From assembly GCA_963753345.1 (NCBI GenBank), contig CAVWBU010000026.1:160001-224000 (forward strand): 64,000 bases of DNA, in the 5' to 3' direction. This DNA comes from an uncultured Fibrobacterota bacterium (GTDB lineage: Bacteria; Fibrobacterota; Chitinivibrionia; Chitinivibrionales; FEN-1185). The notes under the pieces were generated by a model. The model worked only from the letters and a program-made list of their open reading frames with translations. It did not search any database and was not told the origin of the DNA. The position numbers and the translations under genes are program-made. Below, one piece after another: positions 40,254-49,078 of the stretch. How positions within the stretch are numbered: the first letter of the stretch is position 1; each line of letters starts with the position of its first letter.

Positions 40254-40913
40254 GTGATCCTTCTCGCCCTTGCCGACATCCATTCGAAGACGGCTTCGCT
40301 TAGGTCAATTTCCGGCGATCTTGCTGCCGCCGACGCCGTGCTGCTCGCGGGCGACATCACGCATTTCGGCGGTGCAGCCGAGCTTTCCGCTGTGCTTGAC
40401 GAAGTGAAGAAGCCCGGCAGGTGGGTGTTCGCCGTGGCAGGCAACTGCGACCGGCCCGAGGCCGCGGCCGCGCTTGCGGAATCGGAGTGCGGGATAGAGG
40501 GGAAAATTATTTCCATAAGGGGTGTCCCCGTTGCCGGGATCGGCGGGTCGCTGCCCTGCCCCGGCACTACGCCCAACGAATTCTCCGAGGCGGACTTCGG
40601 CAGGCTCCTTTCACAGGAACCGTTCGCGTCTCTTTTACCCGGCTCATTCATCTTTGTTTCGCACGAACCGCCCCTAAACACGGCCGTTGACAAGGCGTGG
40701 ATCATGAGGCATGTGGGAAGCAGGGAAATACGGCGCTTTGTAGAAATGAAAAAGCCCTTGCTGTGCATCACCGGGCATATCCACGAGTCGCGCGGCGTCG
40801 ATACGATAGGGGAGACGCGGATTGTAAACCCCGGGGCGTTTAAAAGCGGGAATTATGCGGTGGTCGAAATTGAGAACATGAAGGTGAAGGATGTTTCACT
40901 AAGAAAGGTTTGA
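40254..40913 (+). CDS. Calcineurin-like metallophosphoesterase
   Basis: DIH, GDIT, GNCD, SHEPP, GHIHE, NPG. Confidence 0.92.
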   Translation: MILLALADIHSKTASLRSISGDLAAADAVLLAGDITHFGGAAELSAVLDEVKKPGRWVFAVAGNCDRPEAAAALAESECGIEGKIISIRGVPVAGIGGSLPCPGTTPNEFSEADFGRLLSQEPFASLLPGSFIFVSHEPPLNTAVDKAWIMRHVGSREIRRFVEMKKPLLCITGHIHESRGVDTIGETRIVNPGAFKSGNYAVVEIENMKVKDVSLRKV

Positions 40914-40941
40914 ACAGGCTGCCGGTGTATGATGGAGCAGA

Positions 40942-41289
40942 TTATACGACCTTGATTGTCACTTTATCAACGCGCGTATTCTTTAGACTCTCCCACTTAT
41001 TCCCCGCAATATTCCCAATATGCTCCACGGGCCATGCCGGCGTCTGGCCGAAGAAAATGCAGAGATATGAACCTTGGTAACTGTAGGCAATGCCGCCAGG
41101 GGGAATGGCTGAGACGAGTTTTCCTGGTTCGTCACAGGAAAGGGGAAGTGTCCCATATAGCTCCCCGCCCCAGGAAGTGAGATCGATTGTTGCTGGAAGA
41201 ATTTTCACCAGTGCTTCACAGATCGGCAAGTCAAAAAGTTTGGCACGCAGGTCAAACGTGCCAAAATCGAGGACTATTTGACTGGGCAT
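40942..41289 (-). CDS. Cyclophilin-like fold protein
   Basis: WGGELY...GIAY...LCIFFGQTP pattern. Confidence 0.7.
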   Translation of the reverse strand: MPSQIVLDFGTFDLRAKLFDLPICEALVKILPATIDLTSWGGELYGTLPLSCDEPGKLVSAIPPGGIAYSYQGSYLCIFFGQTPAWPVEHIGNIAGNKWESLKNTRVDKVTIKVV

Positions 41290-41858
41290 CTGAAGCAACC
41301 TTTCACATGGTCGTTTACCATGCCCACCGCCTGCATATGCGAATAGCAAATCACCGACCCAACAAAGGTAAACCCCCGCTTCCGGAGGTCCGCGCTCATG
41401 GCATCAGAAATTCCAGTGCGCGCCGGAATGTTGTTCCAGGTCTTGTAGGGCCGTTTCGGCAGGAGCGTTGTATTGTCGGTAAACCTCCACATATAGTTGG
41501 AGAAGGTCCCGAATTCCTTTCGCACCTCGATGAAGCGTTTGGCGTTGTTGATCGTTGAAACGATTTTGAGCCTGTTGCGTATGATGCCCGCGTCTGCCAT
41601 CAGCCGTTTCACGTCGCGGCCGGAATACCGCGAGATCGTGTCCCAGTCCCAATTGTCAAACGACTTCCTGAATTTTTCGCGGCGTTTGAGGATGGTGATC
41701 CAGCTGAGTCCCGCCTGGAACCCTTCGAGGATCAGAAACTCGAAGAGCTTTTTGTCGTTATGGACCGGCACGCCCCACTCGTTGTCGTGATAGGCGAGGT
41801 AGACGGGGTCGGTTCCGGCCCACGAGCATCGGATAGGGTTTTTTAGCTGATGTGCCAT
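41274..41858 (-). CDS. tag: DNA-3-methyladenine glycosylase I
   Basis: RCSWA, YHDNEWG, LEGFQAGLSW, IIRNRLKI, GMVNDH..C. Confidence 0.95.
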   Translation of the reverse strand: MAHQLKNPIRCSWAGTDPVYLAYHDNEWGVPVHNDKKLFEFLILEGFQAGLSWITILKRREKFRKSFDNWDWDTISRYSGRDVKRLMADAGIIRNRLKIVSTINNAKRFIEVRKEFGTFSNYMWRFTDNTTLLPKRPYKTWNNIPARTGISDAMSADLRKRGFTFVGSVICYSHMQAVGMVNDHVKGCFRCPVK

Positions 41859-41899
41859 GATGGAGAAGATACTTTTTCTAAAAAACAAAATCTAAAAAA

Positions 41900-42300
41900 T
41901 ATTGGGGGAGAGGTATCTCCCCCGGCCTCGGCCTCCTCGCCGCTTTGCGACTGCGGTGTCCTCGGCTCGCCCCCCTCCTGCGTGGTCCCCTTGATGGAGC
42001 AGATGCAAGCGCGAGACATTGTTGCGGGGCACGCACGAGAAAGTAGTTGAGCGGTTGGGAAGTTGAGGGGTTGAAATGCCAGGAAATGAGATTCTGTTAA
42101 TTCTTGCAGATGCCGATGGCGCAAGGATTAGTTCTTGACTGAGGAGATTTCTTATTTCAGCGCGTTAGGTGGACCGTAGGGTGAGCTGGAGCGAATTGCC
42201 GCCTGATCCCTAGCCGAAGGCGGTTGGGACAGGCGGCAACGAGGCCGAACGGCCGAGCCCGAAGGGAGACCGACCCCGCCAAAGGCGGGGAACGCCCAGA
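41900..42300 (+). mobile_element. Composite structured intergenic element, copy 4 (diverged module B)
   Basis: B-like 41900-41995 (tgggggagaggtatctccccc...ccccctcctgcgtggtcccc), agttga-type repeats 42044-42075, A 42158-42298. Confidence 0.55.
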
Positions 42301-42376
42301 TTTTTTCAACAATTACCAAATAATATCTGCATGTGGTATTTTTTTCTTTCACTCAATCTTAAGAAAAGGATCCATC

Positions 42377-43201
42377 ATGCCCGAAAAAACAATTGACATA
42401 ACGAAATGCACGCGCTGCAACCGCTGCGTCGAAATATGCCCAATCGAAATCTGGGAGATTGACGCGGCAACGGGCTTTCCGGCCGTGTCGCGGCCCAGGG
42501 ACAAGCGCTGCACGGCGTGCGGCCACTGCGAGGCGATATGCCCGGTAAACGCCATCGTCGTGAGAGGCGGGACCTTGCAGGATGCATTCGTTCCCTCTGC
42601 CGGTTCCGCGTTTTTGCCGGAACAGGTGGCAGCCTATTTTACCGCGCGAAGGTCAACGCGGCGATTCTCTCCCGAACCCGTGGAAAAGCAAACGCTGGAG
42701 AAGATCCTCGACATCGCGCGGTACGCGCCGTCGGGAGTCAACCGCCAGCCGATCTCATGGAGCGTCGTGAATTCCCCGGAAATGGTGAAAAACCTCGCCG
42801 CATTGGCGGCGGAATGGATGCGCGCACAGGTGCAGTCCAAAACGCCGGTCTCGCTCGCCCTGCGGTTCGACGTGCTCCTTGACTCATGGGAAAAGGGCAA
42901 AGACCCGCTGTGCAGGAACGCGCCCGCATGCGTGTTCGCAAGCGCGCACCGGGAAGACCGCATGGCCGGCACGGACGGCACCATCGCGCTTGCGCACGCG
43001 GAGCTCGCAGCGCCCGCGTTCGGGCTCGGCGCGTGCTGGGCGGGGTACCTGAGCATTGCGACAAACGCGCACCCGCCGCTCAGGGCCGCCGCAGGGATTG
43101 AAGACGAGTATGCGTGCCTCGGCAGCCTGATGATAGGCAGACCGAAATATTCGTTTGCGCGGGTGCCGAAGAGGAATGCGGGGAAGGTGAAGTGGGTGTG
43201 A
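42377..43201 (+). CDS. Nitroreductase-family protein with an N-terminal 2x[4Fe-4S] ferredoxin
   Basis: CTRCNRCVEICP and CTACGHCEAICP; RRSTRRF, APSGVNRQP, GACW. Confidence 0.92.
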   Translation: MPEKTIDITKCTRCNRCVEICPIEIWEIDAATGFPAVSRPRDKRCTACGHCEAICPVNAIVVRGGTLQDAFVPSAGSAFLPEQVAAYFTARRSTRRFSPEPVEKQTLEKILDIARYAPSGVNRQPISWSVVNSPEMVKNLAALAAEWMRAQVQSKTPVSLALRFDVLLDSWEKGKDPLCRNAPACVFASAHREDRMAGTDGTIALAHAELAAPAFGLGACWAGYLSIATNAHPPLRAAAGIEDEYACLGSLMIGRPKYSFARVPKRNAGKVKWV

Positions 43202-43242
43202 GGAGAAGGAAGTGGGTGAGGGGAAATTGGCCTTGCCGTTGA

Positions 43243-43593
43243 TTATTTTTTCGTAACAATGATAAAATTCATGGCTCTTTGCCTGCACCATGTTTTGGCG
43301 CGTTCGTGTTTTCGTATTGTATCCGGGTTGTCAAGAAACTGCGTCCCTTTGACTTCATGCAATTCTATTTTACCGTCTATTTTTTCCACAAGAAAATCGG
43401 GACGGTAACCGCGCTTGTTGCCTGCCTCCGTGATGTATTCAATCACAATGCCGTGGTTCTTTGTCCATTTTTTTACGGTCTTGTCGAGTTCAAGCTTCTT
43501 CATGTATTGACATTCCCACGAAGACTCGTAACGCTCAACGGAATAGGCCGATTTCTTCGGATTGTCAAAATCGCCATGTTCACTTGTCGGCAT
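43243..43593 (-). CDS. Small PD-(D/E)xK endonuclease (TnsA N-terminal / Res nuclease-like)
   Basis: YESSWE...YRPDFLV...ELHEVKG. Confidence 0.8.
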   Translation of the reverse strand: MPTSEHGDFDNPKKSAYSVERYESSWECQYMKKLELDKTVKKWTKNHGIVIEYITEAGNKRGYRPDFLVEKIDGKIELHEVKGTQFLDNPDTIRKHERAKTWCRQRAMNFIIVTKK

Positions 43594-45673
43594 TTTGGCC
43601 CCCCTTGCGGTACTTTACCATGCTCGCAATTAATCCCGGTTTCTCCTCGATATTTTGGGAAAGAGTGTAACGATGATTAATCGCGTGCCTGAGTGTCTCT
43701 GCTGAAGACTCTCCGGCGCTTTTTCCCTCCAGAAGCTTGTCCCGCACATGGTCCATCAAAATGCCATAGATATACCCCAGTTCGTGCGAGCCTATCCCTT
43801 CTTCGGCGAGAAGATCCGCGGCAATATCCCTGACGCTGTGTTTGAGGGTCTCAATAAGGTCTTCCAGCCGGGGTTCGATTGTCTTTTCTTCCACCTTGGA
43901 TTGCGGAGGCGCGTCGAGGATTTCGGTAAATCCATTGTCATCCAGTTTTGTCCCGCTCACGCTTGCTATTTCAACTTTGGTAATCTGGACTTCAGCGCCA
44001 TATTCAAAACTTGCAAGAATGTTTTGCCAATTCGGATAATCCCCTTCAACCACCGTCAAATCATCAAGATCGCTGAAATCAGCGTCCTCTTCTTCTTCCG
44101 GTTCCGGAATTTTTATTATGTTCTCCGGGTTAATTAATAGTTGCGGTTTTCTTTTTGGCGGCAGGTCTTCATCGCCGAAAAGATTACCCTGGTCAACGTC
44201 CTTTTTAATCCGCGCCCCGACGATTTCCCATAACCAATGATGATCCAGTTTTTCATGGTCGACGATGGCGCAAAATTCCTGCGCATCCTCACCGCGAATA
44301 TTGAGCCGCAACCCGCGCCCGACCACCTGTTGGCCGTACACCCGTGAAGAAAATTTTCTGAGAAGAAGTATTACCGACACGGCCGGAAGGTCCCAGCCTT
44401 CCCGCAACATGAGGACGCTCACCACCGCCTCAAGCCGGCTTCCCCGCTCGATAAGCTCCTGCGCCTTGCTCAATCCGACTTTTCGCTCAAGGTTCTTCTT
44501 CGTCTCCTCAAGAGCGTTCCCCCGTTTTCCGATAACGCCGGCAAGGAGGCGTTCTTCTTCGGTCGATTCTTCGGTTACCACGACGGCCTTTATTCCGAAC
44601 CCTCCTTTTTCCTTGGGCAAAGAAAGCATTTCGGCGGCGGCCTTCGCGTCTTTTATGCAGATGCCCACCACAAAGAGAATGGGCGTGTACGCGCCGTGCC
44701 CGATTGTCAATGCTCTTCGTTTCTGTTCCTCCAGCCGTTCCAGCGCGATGCCGATCTGTTTGCGCATAGGGTCCGGGTCCGTCACCCACTGCGTTGGACT
44801 CAACCCTTTTTCAATTTTATCGAATTCCTCATCCATCTCGTCCACGGTCCGGCGTTCGCCGGTGTCCGGATTGGTGTAGGTGAGCTGCACCGAGGCCAGT
44901 TTCGGCTGATACACCACGATGCTTTTAATGATCGGCGGGACTTCGGATTGCGCGTCCGCTATCATGTACTCATAAATCATTTTCGTGTCGGGGGTTTTAC
45001 CGTCGGCCCTGTCCGGTGTTGCTGTTGTGTCAAGCCGGAACTTGCACTTGGGAGAAAGGGCGAAAAGCGTACGGTCATATTCTTCCGCAGGCGTATTATG
45101 GGCCTCGTCGTTGAAAATCGCCAGTTGTTCAACGTAATTCATAATGAACGCGAGGTTGCGCTGGCCGTTTATGTTTGATTGGTACAGTTGATGTATGTTC
45201 CCAAGCACAATCCCATTATCAAGAATTCCCTGCGGGTTCGCGCCGCATTCAAGAATGTGCAGGCCAAGCTCGTTGGTCAAATGTTCGGTGCCCGGCTGGA
45301 AAAAAGCAAAATTCCTGAAAACAGAGGCATCGGCGAAATCGTCTTCAATCCGGTCCCGCACAATGGTATTGGGGCATAAAATGAGGAATTTGTGAATATT
45401 ATGGCATGTCTTAAGCCACGAAATAACCGCGCCGATGATCGCGGTTTTTCCGCCGCCGGTCACGATATTAAGAAGGACATTTTTAAGCTGGAGCAACTCA
45501 TAGGAATAAACGATGCGGTAAACGGCTTCCTGCTGGTGCCGCCACAGCTTGCGCGGCGCGTCTTCCCGTTTCAGATATTCCAGAAAATCCCTGGAAAGCG
45601 GGTTTATTTCCGGGAAACCCGCGTCTATCCATTGTCTGAAGTCCTGTTCGTAGTGCTGGAAGGCATTGTACAT
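43580..45673 (-). CDS. Type III Res-like SF2 (DEAH) helicase lacking its own nuclease motif
   Basis: TGGGKT, NDEAH, TATP, MLREGWD, QVVGRGLR. Confidence 0.85.
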   Translation of the reverse strand: MYNAFQHYEQDFRQWIDAGFPEINPLSRDFLEYLKREDAPRKLWRHQQEAVYRIVYSYELLQLKNVLLNIVTGGGKTAIIGAVISWLKTCHNIHKFLILCPNTIVRDRIEDDFADASVFRNFAFFQPGTEHLTNELGLHILECGANPQGILDNGIVLGNIHQLYQSNINGQRNLAFIMNYVEQLAIFNDEAHNTPAEEYDRTLFALSPKCKFRLDTTATPDRADGKTPDTKMIYEYMIADAQSEVPPIIKSIVVYQPKLASVQLTYTNPDTGERRTVDEMDEEFDKIEKGLSPTQWVTDPDPMRKQIGIALERLEEQKRRALTIGHGAYTPILFVVGICIKDAKAAAEMLSLPKEKGGFGIKAVVVTEESTEEERLLAGVIGKRGNALEETKKNLERKVGLSKAQELIERGSRLEAVVSVLMLREGWDLPAVSVILLLRKFSSRVYGQQVVGRGLRLNIRGEDAQEFCAIVDHEKLDHHWLWEIVGARIKKDVDQGNLFGDEDLPPKRKPQLLINPENIIKIPEPEEEEDADFSDLDDLTVVEGDYPNWQNILASFEYGAEVQITKVEIASVSGTKLDDNGFTEILDAPPQSKVEEKTIEPRLEDLIETLKHSVRDIAADLLAEEGIGSHELGYIYGILMDHVRDKLLEGKSAGESSAETLRHAINHRYTLSQNIEEKPGLIASMVKYRKGGQNADK

Positions 45674-45676
45674 TGG

Positions 45677-47705
45677 TTACTTTATCTCAATTTCCATGAT
45701 AACGGTGCGTTCGCCACCCTGATCGTCCTGCACCGAGCACGCGATCTTTTTCTTTCCAGCGGTTTCAAATTCGTATTCCACGATAAGGACCGGCCTCCCT
45801 GTCTGCTTATCCCGCAAAAATGCAAACCCCTCTGTCGAACTGAATCTGTGGACATAGTCAAAGTCCCATTGCACGTTGGCGATAACGCCGTCTTTATTAA
45901 GGCTCACCGATTCCGAAACGTCAAACCGGTATTTGAGCCTGCCGGTCCTCGTTGGCGCCACCCGCACTTCCGGCGGCTGGATAAAGCTCAATAATTGCCC
46001 ATAGTCTTTATGTTTTGTCACCACATGCTCGCGGAACGCTTCATCCTCAAGGCGCACCAGATTAAGGCGGACAAAATCAATCCTCTTGTTCTCCCGTGCG
46101 GAAAGGATTTGCGCGGCCTTGCGGGCGTCCGCTGAAAAATTCCAGGCCAGCATTGCGCCGAAATTTGTTTTCCGCTCCTTGAATATCGCCTGGGCGAATC
46201 TGGCGACGTCGTCTTTGGTTATGCGGGAACTACGCGAAGGCTCGCCCACGTAAAGAGGCACGCCGTAGCGGGTGCCGTGGATGTTCGGCGAAACGGTTTC
46301 TGTTTTGCCGCCAAAGGCTTTTACCACGAATTCCCTGAATTCGCCCTGCTTGAGTTTTTCAAGAATGGGGGTTTCGTAAATGCCCCAGTGTTCGACGGTG
46401 AAATCGGGCACGGGAAAAAGACGGCCGCTTCCTTCCTTTTCTTCGACAACACGGGCGATCCTGTCCGCAGTGACCGCGACCGCGATGCGCGATTGGTCGC
46501 AGGCGATCCAACGGCGGTTGAGGCGCTGGGCGACGGCTGGGGTTGTGCCGCCGCCGGAGAAGAAGTCGGCGACGACGTCGGATTCGTTGGAGGATGTTTC
46601 GATCAAACGGCCGAGTAAGGATTCAGGTTTTTGAGTTGGATATCCAATAGATTCTGCAGAGGAAGAGGTAATTAAATCAATGTCGTCCCAAAAATCAGTT
46701 ACAGGAACACCTTTATTATCTTTTAAATAATATTTAAGTCTTGGAAGTCCACCTTCCTTTTGTGGCCAATAAATTAAGCCGTTTTTCTCATATTCATCAA
46801 GTTTTTTCGGTTTAGTAACCCAATGGCTTCCACTCTTGCCTACTTTATTTGGATTAATTCCTTTCCATGTTTGTCCTGTTTCACCGTTCCTTATTCCGCT
46901 CACAATGAGTGGAACAAGTTGATAAAATCCCTTTTCATCCTTATTTTGAGAATACAAATCTTTTGATGCATCTGATAATTCCTTGTACTGAATATTGAAA
47001 GTGTAATTATTGGTTTTTGAATAAGCTAGAATGGTATCATGAGATCGCTTAAATATTTTGCTTATTGATGACCGTGTTTGACTTCGCCTCCACACAATTT
47101 CACTTATAAAGTTATCCACCCCAAAAATCTTATCCATTTCCACCTTCACATAATGGCTCGCATGCCAATCTAAATGCACATAAATGCTTCCCGTGTCCTT
47201 CAACAACCGTTTCATCTCATACAGTCTCGCGTTCAGCCATATCAAATACCCCGGCATTCCGCCTTCCCAAATATCCGTAAACGACCGGACTTCGTTCCTG
47301 TCCCCGAAAATAACGTTGTAGTTTCTTCCCGAAAAGAAAGGCGGGTCAATGTAGATCAGGTCAATGCTCTTGCTCGGCAATTGACGCATCATATGAAGGT
47401 TGTCGCCGAAGAAAAGGCGGTTTGCGCCTTTGGGGAAAAGGTCCGTAGTTTCAAACTAATCCGCTATGGCCGAACTCAATCCTCTGGACTTCCTGAAATG
47501 GCAGGAAAATACGGGGGAATGCGTGCTCGAATTTGGTAATCTTGGTTTCGTGCCGCCTAGTTTCCACTTCCCATCCGAGCGGAGCCTCGTCCACGGGCAC
47601 TGCGCCGAAACGAGCCGGAATTTTATAAAATTCTACCTGCTTCGGGATTTCCGTTTCGGTCCCAGGAATTTGAATGGCGACTGGATCGAGGTTTTTCTTT
47701 CTCAT
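45677..47705 (-). CDS. Beta-class N6A/N4C DNA methyltransferase (Mod-like) with a long C-terminal extension; apparent frameshift near 47456
   Basis: GDNL, IDPPFF, YPTQKP, DFFSGGGTT. The N-terminal segment MRKKNLD...FQEVQRIEFG lies in another frame immediately upstream. Confidence 0.85.
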
Positions 47706-47724
47706 GGCCGATCTTCTCCGGAGT

Positions 47725-47895
47725 CCGGCCATAAAAAAAAGAGGCGCGAACTCCAAGTCCGTGTCTCAACCGAGGGCTGCTACACCCTGTTGTAGAAACA
47801 CAAAACGAGAAGCCGCGCCCTTTCGGGCGCGTTCCCGCCAGTGTCGTCTCTACAACTTTGAAAAGTGCTAGTTTTCGGTAGAAACGATTACTGCG
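47725..47895 (-). ncRNA. Candidate structured leader RNA upstream of the methyltransferase operon
   Basis: Minus strand: gttgtagagac pairs with gtttctacaac around gcgccc-gaaa-gggcgc; a second gtttctac upstream; agggtgtagcagccct hairpin; T8 run. Confidence 0.4.
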
Positions 47896-48041
47896 TTAAC
47901 GCAATGTCAAGATTCTATTTTGACCTTATTCAAGCCTCCATCACTCGGTTAAGTCTTAGAGTAAAAAATATACGCCAGTATTGCTGAAAAGCAAATTTCA
48001 AACATAACTCCGGATAAAAACCATTAGGAAGTCGAAGGGGG

Positions 48042-48620
48042 CTACGCGCCGGCCCCTTGAACATAGGGCGCAAAACGACACAAGTCAAAATACATAAGTC
48101 GGGTTTTCATCGCGTAATCGTTCCCAGTCAGGAAAACAAAGCTGTTTCGGGTATAAAAAGAAATGGTATCCGGGTTATTGTAGGCGTCCACGGTTATGAA
48201 CCGGCATCCTGTTTTATTGTTGCTGAGAAAGGACATTTTTATTGAATCAAGTAATTGCGTCCCGATTTTCATCCTCTTGTATTTTTGGGTCACGCCAAAG
48301 CGCCCGATTTTAACGGCAGGATATCCCTTCAGTTTCTTCTTTTCCGGAAAAAGACTCCGAAACCGTTTCCAGGCATTTCTTGAAAGAGATTCCGTATCGT
48401 AGAATATCTTGTCGTTTGAAACGCTGAAAAAGGCGACAATTTCGGCGCCGTATTCGTAGAGGTATGTCACTGCCAGAAGTTCGGAAAGGAAATTTTTCGC
48501 ATCTTGGAAAAGGAATTCGTTGAGGTCGGCATCATTGCAATCGAAGGGTTTTATTATCGTGTCGGGCGCAAGGCGGATCAGTTTGCAGTCGGATAAATGG
48601 ACCACATTCAAAACCTGCAA
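48042..48620 (-). CDS. GNAT acetyltransferase, toxin-like
   Basis: FDCNDADLNEFL, YPAVKIGR.GV, GCRFITVDAYN, FY..NSF. Confidence 0.8.
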   Translation of the reverse strand: MQVLNVVHLSDCKLIRLAPDTIIKPFDCNDADLNEFLFQDAKNFLSELLAVTYLYEYGAEIVAFFSVSNDKIFYDTESLSRNAWKRFRSLFPEKKKLKGYPAVKIGRFGVTQKYKRMKIGTQLLDSIKMSFLSNNKTGCRFITVDAYNNPDTISFYTRNSFVFLTGNDYAMKTRLMYFDLCRFAPYVQGAGA

Positions 48621-48772
48621 TCCGTTTTCCGCCTCATTTCCTCATACGTCTTCTTCGCCCGGTCATAATCCTCTTTTGATATGGGCCGCGCCGCCGCTGT
48701 TTGGGCGTTTTCCGCGAATTTTTCCGCATCTTCTCCATGCAATATTGGTGTTTCCCTTATTGGTAGCGCCAT
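48608..48772 (-). CDS. 54-aa putative antitoxin (absent from the ORF track)
   Basis: MALPIRETPILHGEDAEKFAENAQTAAARPISKEDYDRAKKTYEEMRRKTDCRF; GAGGAGG SD; overlaps the GNAT start. Confidence 0.7.
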   Translation of the reverse strand: MALPIRETPILHGEDAEKFAENAQTAAARPISKEDYDRAKKTYEEMRRKTDCRF

Positions 48773-49078
48773 TGTATCCTCCTCTTGTTCTTAAATTATA
48801 TCCTGCTCAACGATAAAATATTCTATGACGGATGCCATGTAAAGCCGGGAGGCTGAAATGCGTCCTTCAACGAGCTTAGTGTGACATCAAAGCTGGGTGA
48901 TCATACAGATGAACTGATTTGTAATTTGCCGGACTCGAGCATCAACCAGCCTGACCACATTTTGCCTTCCCTTCATCCCGGTTGTCATTATGGTTGTCAA
49001 TAATCCTGATTCATTGTAGAGTTCTAACCGCGCGTAGTAGTTTTTAATCACCAAAACATCTCCGGCGCACAACCACCC

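Noticed and set aside
43243-43593. Tn7-like transposon suggested by the TnsA-like protein
   Set aside because: No TnsB, TnsC or TniQ genes or transposon ends; the context is a methyltransferase-helicase operon.
48887-49072. 61-aa minus-strand ORF
   Set aside because: No recognisable motif or RBS; possibly a gene remnant, but unsupported.
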